From NCBI GenBank assembly GCA_951406725.2, contig OX597815.1:189534001-189598000 (forward strand): a stretch of DNA of 64,000 nt. Direction: 5' to 3'. The notes beneath the pieces were generated by a model. It saw nothing but the letters and a program-made list of their open reading frames with translations, ran no database searches and was not told the origin of the DNA. The translations under genes were made by a program, and so were the position numbers. This document shows, one piece after another, positions 40,298-54,037 of this stretch. Within the stretch, counting starts at the first letter, position 1; each line of letters opens with the position of its first letter. This DNA comes from Octopus vulgaris. Taxonomy: Eukaryota.

Positions 40298-40487
40298 TCA
40301 TCATCATCATCATTTAACGTCCGTTTATGATGTTGGCATAGATTGGACAGTTTGACAGGAGATGGTAAGGCTGGGAGCCAAACAAGCCACCATTGTCTGT
40401 TTTTGCATGGTTTCTATGGCTGGATGCCCTTCCCAATGCCAGCCACTTCATACAGTTACTGGGTACTCTTATGTGGCACCAGCACCA
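40298..40487 (-). mobile_element. RTE LINE 3' UTR fragment (family C), diverged
   Basis: (CAT)n, tttaacgtccg, ggctggatgcccttcc. Confidence 0.6.
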
Positions 40488-40559
40488 AATATATATATAT
40501 ATATATGTATATGTATATATGCATATATATATGTATATATATGTATTTATATATGTATG

Positions 40560-40602
<43 letters not shown>

Positions 40603-40692
40603 GCATATATATATGTATATATATATATACGTATATATACATATATACACATATGTATATATATGTATCTATATATATATATGTACATATGT

Positions 40693-40885
40693 ATCGCCAT
40701 GGTAGATCGTAAGCCACTACACACATTTTTTTCTCTCCTTGTTTTTTCTGTGTCCCTATCTGTAGAAGAGCATAGGCTCGAAACATAAAAGACTTTTTCT
40801 ATTCCTGAGCGTTATATTAATACATCTGTTTGTTTTGTACACCACCTGCCTTCGTCTTTTGTTTTTTTCGTAAACTCTCCCTATA
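40693..40885 (+). mobile_element. Small (TA)n-embedded element (family E) with hammerhead-like core
   Basis: Second copy at 54263; ctgtaga-a-gagc.tag.gctc-gaaacata. Confidence 0.7.
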
Positions 40886-42514
40886 TATATATGTATATAT
40901 ATGTATATATACATATATCTATATATATATATGTACATATGTATATATGCATATATATATATGTATATATATATGTACATATATACAGCCTTCGCGTAAA
41001 CCACTGGTTTGTTTTGTTCTCTTACTTTGTTATCATCTTATAATCATCTCATAAAAATGACCTTTATGACTCGTATTACTACCTCAGTCAATCTTGATGT
41101 ATATATTTGTCACTACCTGTCATAAATAGCCTTTTTCTATTTGCAATATGCATTTTCGTTGATTTTTCATATTCTACCCTTACATTTCCACATGTATTTT
41201 ATATCTTCTTTTCGTAACATATTTCTACTATATATAACTATATATATATGTGTGTGTATATGTATGTATGCATATATATATATGTATACATACATGCATA
41301 CATACATACATACATATATGTATATATATATATATATATCTAGACACACATGCACATATATATCGAGATTTACACATACATGGTGCTACAATTTGATTTC
41401 CATCAATAGCATTGTTGTTTAATCATTTCCTGAATGAACAACACAAATATGACCAATATTCTCTTGCACACATGTAGCAGCAATGGCTACTTGTTAATGT
41501 AAGTATTTACAGAACTTACCCATCCACATTTACACACACCTTCATTACATCAGGGAACTTTTTAGTAATTGTTTTGCCTGTTTTTGGACCCTGTGCAAGG
41601 CCTTTCTTTATTTTAAAAAGCTTCAAACACAGGTCATCACTTGATTTTTAACATCTCTACAATGAGCTTCATACCGTAGATAGCCATTACCAAAAAAGGC
41701 AAAACATTCAATGAAAAATTCCATAATGGAATGAAGGTATGTACCAACATATACCTACATACACACACCTATACACATGGATACACTATTTGTGTTTGTG
41801 CATGCATGTGTTTGTGCATGCATACATGTGTGTGTGTGTGCATTGCATGTATGTGTATGTATTGTTTGTTTAACATATTTTTCCGTGCTAACATGCTTTA
41901 GATGGGGAAGGTATTTGCGTTAGGATTCTTACAGTTGGATGAACTACCTGTCACTAAACCTTATCTATTTTTCAGGTAAAGAATATATATATTCTTTCCA
42001 GATAGCTTTGAAAGCACAAAGCTAGCAAATGATTTCTTGACAGGAAGTATAAACTAACATCCCCAGTTGTTGGCTAGTTACAAACAGTGAAGTTACTGTG
42101 TGTAGCTGAGCTGCAAAGGATCCCTACTTTTGCTACAGCTCAGCAGAGACAGCACATATTCATATAGATACATGCATGCACACATACACACACAGGCACA
42201 CTTATAGGCACGTGTGCATGCACACACACACACAAACACATACATATACACACATACATACACACACACAGTGGTCCTAGATAAAGCACAAAGATTTAGG
42301 AATGCAAATCATGGTAGATAGCATTTTTTGTGCAGTTACTGTTTTATTTTATATTGGCCAGGTTCGAAATAGTCTTTAGCTGTCTTGCTAATTGTGTTGC
42401 TAGCAGGTAGATGAAAATAAAGACAACTATTGAGACAAAAATTCAGTAAGTCTAGGCAGAATCAACAGGAAAAATATTGGCCTATTGTGAAGATGAATCA
42501 AATTCTGCCCAGAT

Positions 42515-42931
42515 TACTCTTTTACTCTTCTACTCTTTTATTTGTTTCAGTCATTTGACTGTGGCCATGCTGGATCACTGCCTTTTTAGTTGAGCAAATC
42601 GACCCCAGGACTTATTCTTTGTATGCCTAGTACTTATTCTATTGGTCTCTTTTGCTGAACTAAGTTATGGGGACATAAACACACCAACATCGGTTGTCAA
42701 GCGATGTTGGGGGGACAAACAGACACACAAACACACACACACACACACACACATATACATATATACGATGTGCTTCTTTCAGTTTCTGTCTTCAAAATCC
42801 ACTCACAAAGCTTTGGTTGGCCCGAGGCTGTAGTAGAAGACACTTGCCCAAGGTGCCATGCAGTGGGACTGAACCCGGAACCATGTGGTTGGTAAGCAAG
42901 CTACTTACCACACAGCCACTCCTACGCCTAT
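42515..42931 (-). mobile_element. SINE family B, full length
   Basis: Collinear with the other family B copies. Confidence 0.88.
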
Positions 42932-43286
42932 ATTAAATAAATTCCTTCAACTATTGCTATTTTTGGATACTGTATCTATACCAAAAAGAACAGGAATCAG
43001 TTTCATGGTGACCAAATTTATCACAAAACAATTGAACCATTCCGTATCTACTTGTGATATTTGCTGAAGTTTAAATCCATTTTTGAGAAATTGTTAAGAA
43101 ATGTCATTCGAGGTTTATTTTGAAGTTTTGTCATTTAGTTTCCTTCTGAAGTTGTCCACATCACTTAGTGGCTGAAATAACTCAGTGATCAAGTGCATGC
43201 ATTGTTCAAATATTCACCTGTAACAAACCTGATTAACTCCGCAAAGAGGATTCTGCAGATATTTTCCCCTCTAAAATATATAAAAA

Positions 43287-43678
43287 CTAGCAGTATCACC
43301 CAGCGTTGCTCGGGTTTTTTTCGACCCTTTAGAATTGGAATTTTTGAAAAGTAAAAATTTTGCATTATGTAGCTTGTTATTCTCTTTAAGTGAACTTTTT
43401 CTGGTTGAAATACACCGAAAAATGGCGACACAGCAGTAAAAAAATCGTAAAAAAAAAAATAGAGATTTTCATAGAAAAAAAGCACCTTGTTGATGTAAAT
43501 AATTTTTGGTGTTAACATGGTCCGATTTGAATTTTTCTTCTACGGACAGAAGCGCAAAGCTTCTATCATACTCTCAATTTTGGTCAACTTGCACCGCAGG
43601 GTCCCGGAGGTGATAACGTTAGTTAAAGGCTACCAAACCTGCCATACACAGACAACTTCAGCTTTATATATAGAGAGA
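43287..43678 (-). mobile_element. Non-autonomous Helitron
   Basis: Minus strand A|TCtctctatatataaagctgaagttgt ... cccgagcaacgctggg hairpin, CTAG|T. Confidence 0.85.
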
Positions 43679-45429
43679 TTAAGGTCTTGAGAGATTCACT
43701 AACAACATCAGCTTTAATACTGAAGACAAATATCCAGCCAAGCGGCAGAATTATCAGCATATCTCCAAAAATGGTTTGGTTTTAAAACTGTCTTTTAGCT
43801 ATAGAATTGTTATACTGAAAAAATTCTAGGGTTATACATGTACCTTCAGCATATTACTTCAGAATCTAATGCTGTAAGAACTATGCAGTAATGATTTTTC
43901 AGCATGCAGGAAAATTGCCAAAAGATATACAAACAAATGAATTAAAGGCTATATGAATCTGACAAAGAACAATTCCTTATATATATATTATATACTCATT
44001 CACAATTAATAAATGAGTTTCTATAATTACATATATATTTATACCAATGGGAAATTATAGCTTTATTTTTGTTATGCCTAAATTCAAAACTAGCAAAGCG
44101 TTAACATTATAACTGGGGCATTTGTAAGCTTCTTTTCCATTGTGTTAGTTTCCTAAAGCAATACTGTATTGATTATTACTCCACTAATATATATACAGTA
44201 TTGCAATGAGGCCTTGATTAAATATTAACAAGAAAATAAGTTGATATAACAGGAATTACCAAGAGAAATCTTAAATATTATCAACATAATCTAACACTAT
44301 TTAAAGATTAAATTTCAGAGATAGACAGAACTTAATATTTTAGATTATGATTTGCAAAGAAATACATGAGAAACAAACACTGTACTATCTACAGTGAACA
44401 ACATTCAGCTTTCGTGAATTATTTCTCTCTAACACTTCATCCTTTTATGACAGCTGTCAATTCTAATATATACACCTATGGTTTCCAGCTTCGAAATATT
44501 CTATCATGTTTCTGAATAACTTAGTAGACATAATTTACATTCCACAATCATGTGTGTTCCCAAGATCAATATATCATGTTAGACAAGTCATATGTGATAT
44601 CTTTTCTTGAAATATTTGATTTTGCCAGGCACAAAAGCAATGATAAACAAAGCAATGAAATGAAAAAATATTTTTTTTTATTATTTCATAGAATAAATGT
44701 ATATATAAATATTTCAAATATTTCTAAATAAATCTGATTTATCTAGTTTTAATGTGCACAACACATAAAATAAAATTGATTAGTTTGATGACTTTTCAAG
44801 TAATTTAGTCTACTCTTGTAGAAAAATATCCTTAAAATTATTAATATACTCATGAAGTCAGTCATAAGTTGTTTTCTTACTATATTAATCATTCTTTTAC
44901 AAGGAATTTATGCTTGTCTCCAACAAATGTTAACATTTCTCTGAGAGCAAAATTAAATGATTTTGAAAAGAGCATTTTAAATCAATGTTTTATTTTTTAA
45001 GAACCATTGTTTCTCTCTTCTAACATTCTGTTACTAGATAGAAATAAAGCAATATGGCAATATATGACATGCTGGGTGTATATCACGAAATAATTACTTT
45101 TCATTTTACATCAGTGCTTTATTTTCCTTTTGGCATCTTTTCAACAAATATACTCAAAAAAATGAAATTAATATCCATTGCTTAAAAGCATTTTGCCCAA
45201 ACTGAAGATAACTTTGAAACTACTCAAAAGATTGTCAAACACAAAACAGCGCCGTACTAAGCAAACGTTTCGACGTTTTTATTTTCAACAACTCTTGAAA
45301 ATTACATGTCTGTATTTCTGAGACAAGTTCTTAATAAAGTAGGATAGATTAATATTCTATTGATGATAAAGGAAAGACTACTCTAGTTGCAATGTTATAC
45401 TGAAATAAATATCATTTCAACTGTCTGAT

Positions 45430-45470
<41 letters not shown>

Positions 45471-45536
45471 GTTTACTGTTCCATTAAAGTAGGATTGACA
45501 AAAATGTATTCCACCCAGTCAAAGATAAATATCTTT

Positions 45537-45678
45537 ATACATACATATATGCATACATACATACATGCATACATACATACATACATGCATGCATACATGC
45601 ATACATGCATACATACATGCATATACATACACACATATGTACATACATACATACATACATACATACATACATACATAC
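45537..45678. repeat. (TACA/TGCA)n tetranucleotide array
   Basis: Directly visible. Confidence 0.9.
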
Positions 45679-45729
45679 AAGATGCTTGACTGGTCTGTGT
45701 AGGAAATCCACTCCATTGATGTTAAACTC

Positions 45730-46690
45730 ACAAGATATTGACATCAACTGGAAAACTCCACAGAATTAATGATATTGACAGGCTCTACCTGAGAAGAGCT
45801 GAAGGAGGTAGAGGCTTGAGATCCATGCTGACAATCTTCAAATGTCATATTGTCTCTCTCTCTCAAACAGTTCTTCCAAAACAACAGCACCAAAAATAAA
45901 TACATTAAGTTATGCTGAAAAGTGAAAACATGAGGAGCTCACGTCAGCAAAGAGCTCCTCAGGAAGCCCTCTCTTCCTCTTGATCTCCCATGCAACCCCC
46001 AAAACAGCCAGACAAATATACATCAAGGAAGACCTAGATGTGAAACATTCAGCATATCAAAAATAGATAATACATGAGTATGTTTCTTGAAGACTTGAAG
46101 ACTAATATCAATATTAAACACAGCTTCTCTTGGACTTGTGATCGCTGCACCACATCACACTTTGAAGGCTCTGCATTTGCAAGCCAAGAACAGGAGATTG
46201 CTACGAAATACAAATGAGACACTGAAGCACTTGAAGGTCCAAGATGTGACCAAAAATGTAGATTGTCATATTTTTGTGGAAGACATCACATGTGATTAAC
46301 AATTGCTCCCAAAATGTCATCAAGGATCTACCTCCCTATGCAACATGATGGTGTCACAAAAACAATATACAATGCTTATTCAAAAAACAAAGACTGCCCT
46401 GGAATAAATATAGAGAATCCTCCTGTTATTGAATACGAGGAATACTGGTGGAAAATTCCTTTCAAAACATCAGCTAGGTGTCAACGTCACAGGCTGGATA
46501 TTGTTGTTTGGGTCAGACAAGAAAAAGTATGTGATGTCATAAGAGTTAGCTGTCCTGCTGATGGGAATGTCGTTTTGAAAATGTAAGAGAAGGAGAATAA
46601 CTGTGGACAATTGCTTTGAAACCACCAACTTTTATCTCCAGAGTATAAATTCACATCTATACTAGTAATAATTGGTTTTGGGGGTAAATA
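45730..46690 (+). pseudogene. Degraded R4-clade RLE non-LTR retrotransposon, C-terminal third
   Basis: DIDRLYLRRAEGGRGL; FEGSAFASQEQEIATKY; YLPMQHDGV; HRLDIVVW...VSCPAD; multiple stops and frameshifts. Confidence 0.8.
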
Positions 46691-46714
46691 TCTTAGCAAT
46701 AGTCTGGAGAGACA

Positions 46715-47028
46715 GAGGCACAATGGCCCAGTGGTTAAGGCAGCAGACTCGTGGTCGAAGGATCGCAGTTTCGTTTCCCAGTCCGGGCGTTGTGTGTGTT
46801 TATTGCGTGAAAACACCTAAAGCTCCACGAGGCTCCAGCAGGGGGTGGTGGTGACCCCCTGTTGTTTCGCCCCAAATTTCTCTCAGTCTTTCTTCCTGTT
46901 TCTTGAGAAATGCTGCAATGGACTGGCGTCCGATCCAGCTGGAGTGGGGAGGGAATACATACGCCACAGAAACCGGGAAACCAGGCCCATGAGCCTGGCT
47001 AGGCTTGAAAAGGGCACATAAATAAATA
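46715..47028 (+). mobile_element. SINE family D
   Basis: gaggcacaatggcccagtggttaaggcagcagactcgtggtc...gaaaccgggaaacc. Confidence 0.78.
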
Positions 47029-47687
47029 AAAAAATATTCTGGAGAAGATAGAGTTTTCACACACACACAAGCACACACACACACACACACACATACACTC
47101 ACACATACACATAGAGTGGGAGTGAACCCAGAACGATGTGGTTGGGAAGAAAATTTCTTACCCCATAGCCATGTAATTGTTTAGATTAATGTTATAAATA
47201 AAAGCCAAAATTAATATTCATTCATTCATAATGGATAAATAATCACATTTATGGAAATTAACAGGTTTAATTTAAGTTTATCAAGATTTGTCAGATGGCA
47301 AATACAGAATTGAAACCAATAACAGAAACATAAATTAAAACATACGATCTATTCAAGATATCTGTTGTCCATCATGTATTTAGCATTTCACTTAAATTGA
47401 AATTAATGACACGAAATATATTGCTGTTGTTGCTATTTCGCTTGCTGCAGATTCTTTTTATTGTTCCTTTGCATGTTGATTGGATAATATTGAGGTTAAG
47501 TAAAGAACGCAATCATAGATAAGCTCTAGGGAATAAAATTAGATTACAAATTAAAAGTAGTTCTGGTAACATAAACATTATCAGTTTCACATCATACATA
47601 GTGTATGTGGTGCATGTTTTGTTTATGTGCTGTATTTGCTGTGGGATAGTGTCTGGGTAAAATTCCTGACACAACGCCAAGTGTTAA

Positions 47688-48303
47688 CCCTTTAGCTTTT
47701 AAACTGGCCATAGATAGAATATTTATTCTAACAGGAGCGCTAACAGCCCCATCCGAGCGGTCTGGCTTCCATGCCGGTGGCACGTAAAAAGCACCATTTG
47801 AGCGTGATTGTTACCAGTGTCACCTTACTGGCACTTGTGCCGGTGGAACTTGAACAAAACATTTGAGCGAGGTCGTTACCAGTGCCGCTGGACTGACTTC
47901 TATGCAGGTGGCACATAAAAAACACCATTTCGAGTGTGGCCGTTGCCAGTACCACCAGACTGGCCCTCATGCCGATGGCATGTAAAAGCACCCACTACAC
48001 TCTCGGAGTGGTTGACATTAGGAAGGGCATCCAGCTGTGGAAACTCAGCCAGATCAGATTGGAGGTTTGCGCAGCCATCTGGTTCGCCAGTCCTCAATCA
48101 AATTGTCCAACCCATGCTAGCATGGAAGATTTTATGTTCAAACTGGCCCGATCTGACCTCTCACACGTACCCTGCAATGTCATTCTAACAATATAGAATC
48201 ACATCATTGAAATCTTAAAGCAGCAAAACAGCGCAGGGATTAATTCAAAATTATGGGAATAAATAAGCATTACATTTCATGAAGAAATCTGAAAACTATA
48301 GCG
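47688..48303. mobile_element. piggyBac-type MITE containing a family C RTE fragment (47740-48130)
   Basis: TTAA at 47684 and 48304; ccctttagc left end, degenerate right end; excision restores the tandem-repeat junction gtgttaaag. Confidence 0.6.
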
Positions 48304-48732
48304 TTAAAGACACCTGAATGTCATAGACCAGGGGAGACAACTCAATTCAGAATCACCAAGAATGGTAGATACTGATATTTTGCCATTATTATGTACTTAG
48401 ATCTTCTTGAAATGAAGTGAATCTCTGGTCTGTTACTTATTGCAAATAGAGTGAGATCTATTTGCTGATCTGCTGAGGCAGAGCACACACGAAAGAAAAT
48501 TAGATGATGAATAAAAAGCAGGTCTAGTAATATAAGCATTATTGGATGCACAGACATAGTGTGTGTTTTGTTTATATGCCAAATTTGCTAAGGAATAGCA
48601 TCTGGAGAACATGATGCTAAGAGTAAAAGAACACCTGAATGTCACAGATCAGGTGAGACAACTCACTTTGGAATCACTGAGGATGACAGATACTAATATT
48701 TCACCATTATTGTGACTTACCAATATCATGTA

Positions 48733-49116
48733 CGAGCAGTGTCGCCCGGCAGTGCTCGGGTTTGTTTCGACCCTTTAGAATTGGAATTTTTGAAAAGTAA
48801 AAATTTTGCATTATGTAGCTTGTTATTCTCTTTAAGTGAACATTTTTCTGGTTGAAATACAACGAAAAATGGCGACACAGCAGTCAAAAAAATCGTAAAA
48901 AATAGGGATTTTCATAGAAAAAAAAGCACCTTTTTGATGTAAATAATTTTTGGTGTTAACATGGTCGGATTTGAATTTTTTCTTCTACGGAAGGAAGCGC
49001 AAGCCTTCTTCTATCATTCTCTCAATTTTGGTCAACTTGCGCCGCAGAGTCTCGGAGGAGATAGTGTTAGTTGAAGGCTACCAAACCACACAGACAACTT
49101 CAGCTTTATATAGAGA
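48733..49116 (-). mobile_element. Non-autonomous Helitron (same subfamily as 43287)
   Basis: Collinear with 43287-43678; TC start, hairpin, 3' end mutated to CTCG. Confidence 0.85.
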
Positions 49117-49448
49117 TTTGGGTCATCTCAAAATGAAGTGAATTGCTGATCTGTGACTTATATGGAAATAGAAGGAAATCTATTTGTTGATGTGCTGAGG
49201 CATAGCACACATGAAAGAAAATTAAATTACAAATTAAAAGCAGCTCTAATAATATAAACGTTATTGGTCCCGCATACATAGTGTATGTTTTGTTGATACA
49301 CAAAATTTACTGCAGGACAGCATCCCAGGAAAGCTCCCTACACGATGTCAAGTGTTAAAGAACTCCTGATCGTTGAAGCAAACACATACTCTATGTATGT
49401 ACAACCAAGAATGTTTTCTAAGGAATAAGTTTTGCTGGATGCTGGTGG

Positions 49449-49693
49449 GAGGCATGTGGCTTAGTGGTTAGGGTGTTGAACTCATGATCATAAGATTGTG
49501 GTTTCGTTTCCTGGACCTGGCAATGCATTTTGTTCTTGAGCAAGACACTTCATTTCACATTGCTCCAGTCCACTCAGCTGGCAAAAATGAGTAATCCTAT
49601 GATGGACCGGCGTCCCGTCCAGGTAGAGAATTTCTACACCACTGAAACTGGGAAACTGGCCCTTACAAGCCTGGCATGGCTTGAGAAGGAACA
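49449..49693 (+). mobile_element. tRNA-headed SINE with CORE-like domain and family D 3' tail
   Basis: ggaggcatgtggcttagtggttaggg...ttgagcaagacacttcatttc...cggcgtcccgtccagg...ggcttgagaagga. Confidence 0.7.
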
Positions 49694-49957
49694 TTATTAA
49701 TGCCGTCAAGGAAAATTTTATGAAATAAACTTTTGCTGGATGCTGTGGAATTATTGTGGATATGTGCAACAAGATAATTTCAACAAATTCATAAAATGAA
49801 GTCATTATATGTGCTTTAATCAACATTAATTTATATAAATCAGAAACTATTTACTATAATCAGCAGTTTCCAATAATACAATCAGAAAATTCAATCACAT
49901 TATATCTCTTTCTGTAATCCCTCTCCAAATAGTAAATTTTACATTTTAGGAAATATT

Positions 49958-49988
<31 letters not shown>

Positions 49989-50529
49989 GATATATATATA
50001 CACACACAAAAAAACATGAAAAACTCAGAAAAATACTGCAACTAGCCTATTATTTGCATAAAAATTTCAAAGTCAGTGTTCAACCAGTTAATAAATTTAT
50101 CATCTTCTGTATATTATTAATAGTTAAAAAAAAAGAAAGAAACAGAGATGATGATGATAATGATGATGATGATGATAGTAATAAAAATATTAATAATGAT
50201 AATAAATTAAAATGAAATGTAAAGCAGAAATGAAACTTCACAACAAATAGATGCTATCAGAATTCTGACAGTTGAAATTAAGTTGTTTTGGAAATGATAT
50301 ATAATTTATTGCTAAGCAAAGCAAATATATGTTGTCAGGGACAAAAGAAACACTTAGTAGAACAAAAATTCTAGTATTTGTTGGCAGGATATTGTTTTCC
50401 CGCCGGATCTAGCCATGAAATCAATATACATACCACTTAAGATGCAAATCACTCTCACATAAATTTCCACACACACACATACACAGAAAAATGAGAAGGT
50501 GAAGAAAGAAATACCTTTAATTATAGATG

Positions 50530-50831
50530 AGTGTTTGTGCTTTTGTATGTGTGTGTGTGTGTTTGTGTAAGTGTGTGCACATGTGTGTCAGTGTACATAT
50601 GTGTGTGTGTGCTCATGTGCATGTGTGTGTATGTGCATGTGCGCATGTGTGTGTGAGTGTATCTGTGTGTGCCCAAATGTGTGTGTATATGTGTGTCAGT
50701 GTACATATGTGTGTGTGTATGTTATTGCATGTGTGTGTGTGTGTGTGTGCGTGTGTGTGTGAAATAGAGACTGTAAGAAGTGCTTGAATACATATACGCA
50801 TCTGCTGATATGTATATATTCATCATCATAG

Positions 50832-50890
<59 letters not shown>

Positions 50891-50900
50891 GTTGTCGTCA
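50530..50900. repeat. (TG)n-rich and (CAT)n microsatellites
   Basis: Directly visible. Confidence 0.9.
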
Positions 50901-50985
50901 TCGTTTTAACATCTACTTTTCCATGACTGCATGGGTCAGACGAATTTTAACTGATGCAGGTCTTCTACAGCCGGGTGCCCTTCTT

Positions 50986-51208
50986 GTCCCTAAACCTCAC
51001 CTCTTTCCAAGCAAAGTAATATGTCTTCATTGTCAGACAAGTCTTCACAGAATACATAAATATTCAGTCATTTTATACATATATTTCATGTATCATCGTC
51101 CCTAAACCTCACCTCTCTCCAAGCAAAGTAATATGTCTTCATTGTCAGACAAGTCTTCACAGAATACATAAATATTCAGTCATTTTATACATATATTTCA
51201 TGTATCAT
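50986..51208. repeat. 112-bp near-perfect tandem duplication
   Basis: gtccctaaacctcacctct...ttcatgtatcatc occurs twice. Confidence 0.9.
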
Positions 51209-51374
51209 CATCATCATCATTTAACGTCCGTGTGTATATGCAAATGTGTCTGTGCATGTGTGTGTCAGTGTGTGTGTGTGTGTGTATTGTGTATATTAGA
51301 AATCAGTTTAAGATACCTTCCGGTGCTACTTAAATGTATTCACATGTGTACGAGAAAACCTATGGTTTTTCTAA

Positions 51375-51772
51375 TCTTTTACTCTTTTACTTGTTCCAGT
51401 TATTTGACTGTGGCCATGCTGGAGCACTGCTTTTAGTTGAACGAATCGAACCTAGGACTTATTCGTTGTAAGCCTACTACTTATTCTATCGGTCTCTTCT
51501 GCTGAACCGCTAGGTTACAGGGACGTAAACACACCAGCACCAGTTGTCAAGTGACGGTGGGGGACAAACACAGACACATGAGAAAACACACACACATGCA
51601 CACACACACACATATACAGGTTTCTTTTCAGTTTACATCTATCAAATCCTCTCACAAGGCTTTGGTCGGCCCAAGACTATGGTAGAAGACACTTGCCCAA
51701 GGTACCATGCAGTGGGACTGAACCCAGAACCATGTGGTTGGTAATCAAGCTACTTACCACACAGCCTATATG

Positions 51773-51821
<49 letters not shown>

Positions 51822-51844
51822 GTGTGTGTATATATATATTTATA

Positions 51845-51882
<38 letters not shown>

Positions 51883-52038
51883 ACGGGCTTCTTTCAGTTT
51901 CCATCTACCAAATCCACTCACAAAGATTTGATTGACCCAAGACTTATAGTAGAAGACACTTACCTAAGATGCCATGCAGTGGGACTGAATCCAGAACCAT
52001 GTGGCTGGTAAGCAAGCTACTTACCACACAGCCACTTC
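51375..52038 (-). mobile_element. SINE family B, full copy (51375-51770) plus a 5' half (51880-52038)
   Basis: Family B motifs on the minus strand. Confidence 0.8.
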
Positions 52039-52178
52039 TTGTTCAGGTAATAATATTTTCATGAAATGATATCATCAAACTGTGCCTTAAATTACTGTAA
52101 ATGTACACTGACATATGCAACAAATTCTGAGTACCATTGAAATGAATCATTAGCTAATTCCTGACAAATATAAATACA

Positions 52179-52354
52179 GAGGCGCTGGAGTGGCTGTGTG
52201 GTAAGTAGCTTGCTAACCAACCACAGGGTTCCGGGTTCAGTCCCACTGTGTGGCATCTTGGGAATCTTGGGCAAGTGTCTTCTGCTATAGCCCCAGGCCG
52301 AACAATGCCTTGTGAGTGGATTTGGTAGACGGAAACTGAAAGAAGCCTGTCGTA

Positions 52355-52419
<65 letters not shown>

Positions 52420-52617
52420 TTGTGTGTATGTGTTTGTCCCCCTAGCATTGCTTGACAACCGATGCTGGTGTCACTTAGCGGTTCGGCAAAAGAGACCGAT
52501 AGAATAAGTACTGGTCTTACAAAGAATAAGTCCCGGGGTCGATTTGCTCGACTAAAGGCGTTGCTCCAGCATGGCCGCAGTCAAATGACTGAAACAAGTA
52601 AAAGAGTAAAAGAGTAA
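52179..52617 (+). mobile_element. SINE family B, full length
   Basis: Collinear with the other family B copies. Confidence 0.88.
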
Positions 52618-52652
52618 CAGAGGCTAGTCTTTCTTTTGTAGGCAGATATATA

Positions 52653-52874
52653 CAAAGGAGTGCTGAAGAATTCCTGGCTTTGGGTAAAAGAAAATACAAG
52701 AGGATCATATCAGTTGATAATGATTTTATGCAACATATTCCCCTCTCAGATTCACACGCTCATTGCAGCTGCCCTTCACTTTTACTAATCCCTGTAAAAG
52801 AACTCAGAAGGTTGGGTCTCCAAACAAGTCTTTCGTGATACCCTTAAAGCCAGGAACTTTTCAGCACCCCCTCA
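52653..52874. mobile_element. Mariner-derived MITE
   Basis: TA-flanked TIRs (gtgctgaagaattcctggcttt / aaagccaggaacttttcagcac); minus strand retains a transposase C-terminus-like CNERVNLRGEYV. Confidence 0.75.
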
Positions 52875-52947
52875 TACATAGACAGCACACATGCATATCT
52901 ATATTTGGATATTTATATAAATATATATATGTATGTATGTATGTATG

Positions 52948-52979
<32 letters not shown>

Positions 52980-53222
52980 CAGTTGGTGATCTCCAACATG
53001 GGCAGAGCTAATAAACAAAATAATATATATATGATTTTGGGTCTTCTGGATACCAAAACTTCCCACAGATAAATATATATATATGTATTTTTAGATATAT
53101 AATTATAAAAATATAATTATAATTATATTTATAATTACCATATTTTAACGTGTATAAGGAAACATTTTTTGTCAAAGATTAGGTTAAAAAATATGGGAGT
53201 TTCTTATATATGGATAGTATTA

Positions 53223-54037
53223 GGATCTTTTCCTTTTGAACAGCACTTTTCAACACAATTTCTAGTTAACTAAACACTTTTAAACTTCGTATACTGGTAG
53301 AATGTGTTTATAAAACATCATTTTTTCTCGGCTTTATTGTGAAAATTCTATATGTCGTAACATATTTGGTCTTTAATTTCAAGCATTTCGGCAATTTTAA
53401 CCAATCGCTGACGTCCATTTAGGTAAATAACATTCTGTGCATAATGAATATGTCCCTCCTTTAAGAAACAGATTGAGTTTATTTACATTTGTGAAGAAAA
53501 AAGATACCCTTCCCCCACCCCTAACCCTAACTCTCAACCTAAATCTAAAATAGATTGAAATGCAATAGATCGATACTAGGGTTATAATTATGGGTGACAA
53601 TTTAATACGACACCGCTATGGAAAATGGGATTATTTTCTAGCGGTATCAAATGAAAATGTCACCCATAATTATGGCCCTAGTATCGATCTATTGCATTTC
53701 AATCTATTTTAGATTTAGGGTGAGAGTTAGGGTTAGGGGTGGGGGAAGGGTATCTTTTTTTTCTTCACAAATGTAAATAAACCCAATCTGTTTCTTAAAG
53801 GAGGGACATATTCATACAGCACGGAATGTTATTTACCTAAATGGACGTCAGCAAATTGGTTAAAATTGCTGAAATGCTCGAAATTAAAGACCAAATATCT
53901 TACAACCTATAGAATTTTCTCAATAAAGCCAAGAGAAAATGATGTTTTATAAACACATTCTACAAGTATACGAAGTTTAAAACTTTTTAGTTACCTAGAA
54001 ATTATGTTACAAAGTGCCGTTCAAAAGGAAAAGATGC
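53223..54037. mobile_element. 815-bp fold-back DNA transposon/MITE with telomere-like subrepeats
   Basis: About 400-bp arms inverted around 53630; flanked by the direct repeat tagtatta (53215, 54038); ctaaccctaa / ttagggttag motifs inside. Confidence 0.85.

Larger units (their letters stand above)
47530..49370. repeat. Diverged 320-350-bp tandem repeat (two full units plus a partial) disrupted by nested transposons
   Basis: cacctgaatgtca at 48311 and 48632, ctcctgat at 49363; aaaattagat/aaat...catagtgt...tttg blocks recur near 47535, 48495 and 49217. Confidence 0.75.

Noticed and set aside
48304-49370. Cadherin-repeat coding exon (unit about 110 codons)
   Set aside because: No cadherin motifs (DxD, LDRE, DxNDN) seen and the frames examined contain stops.
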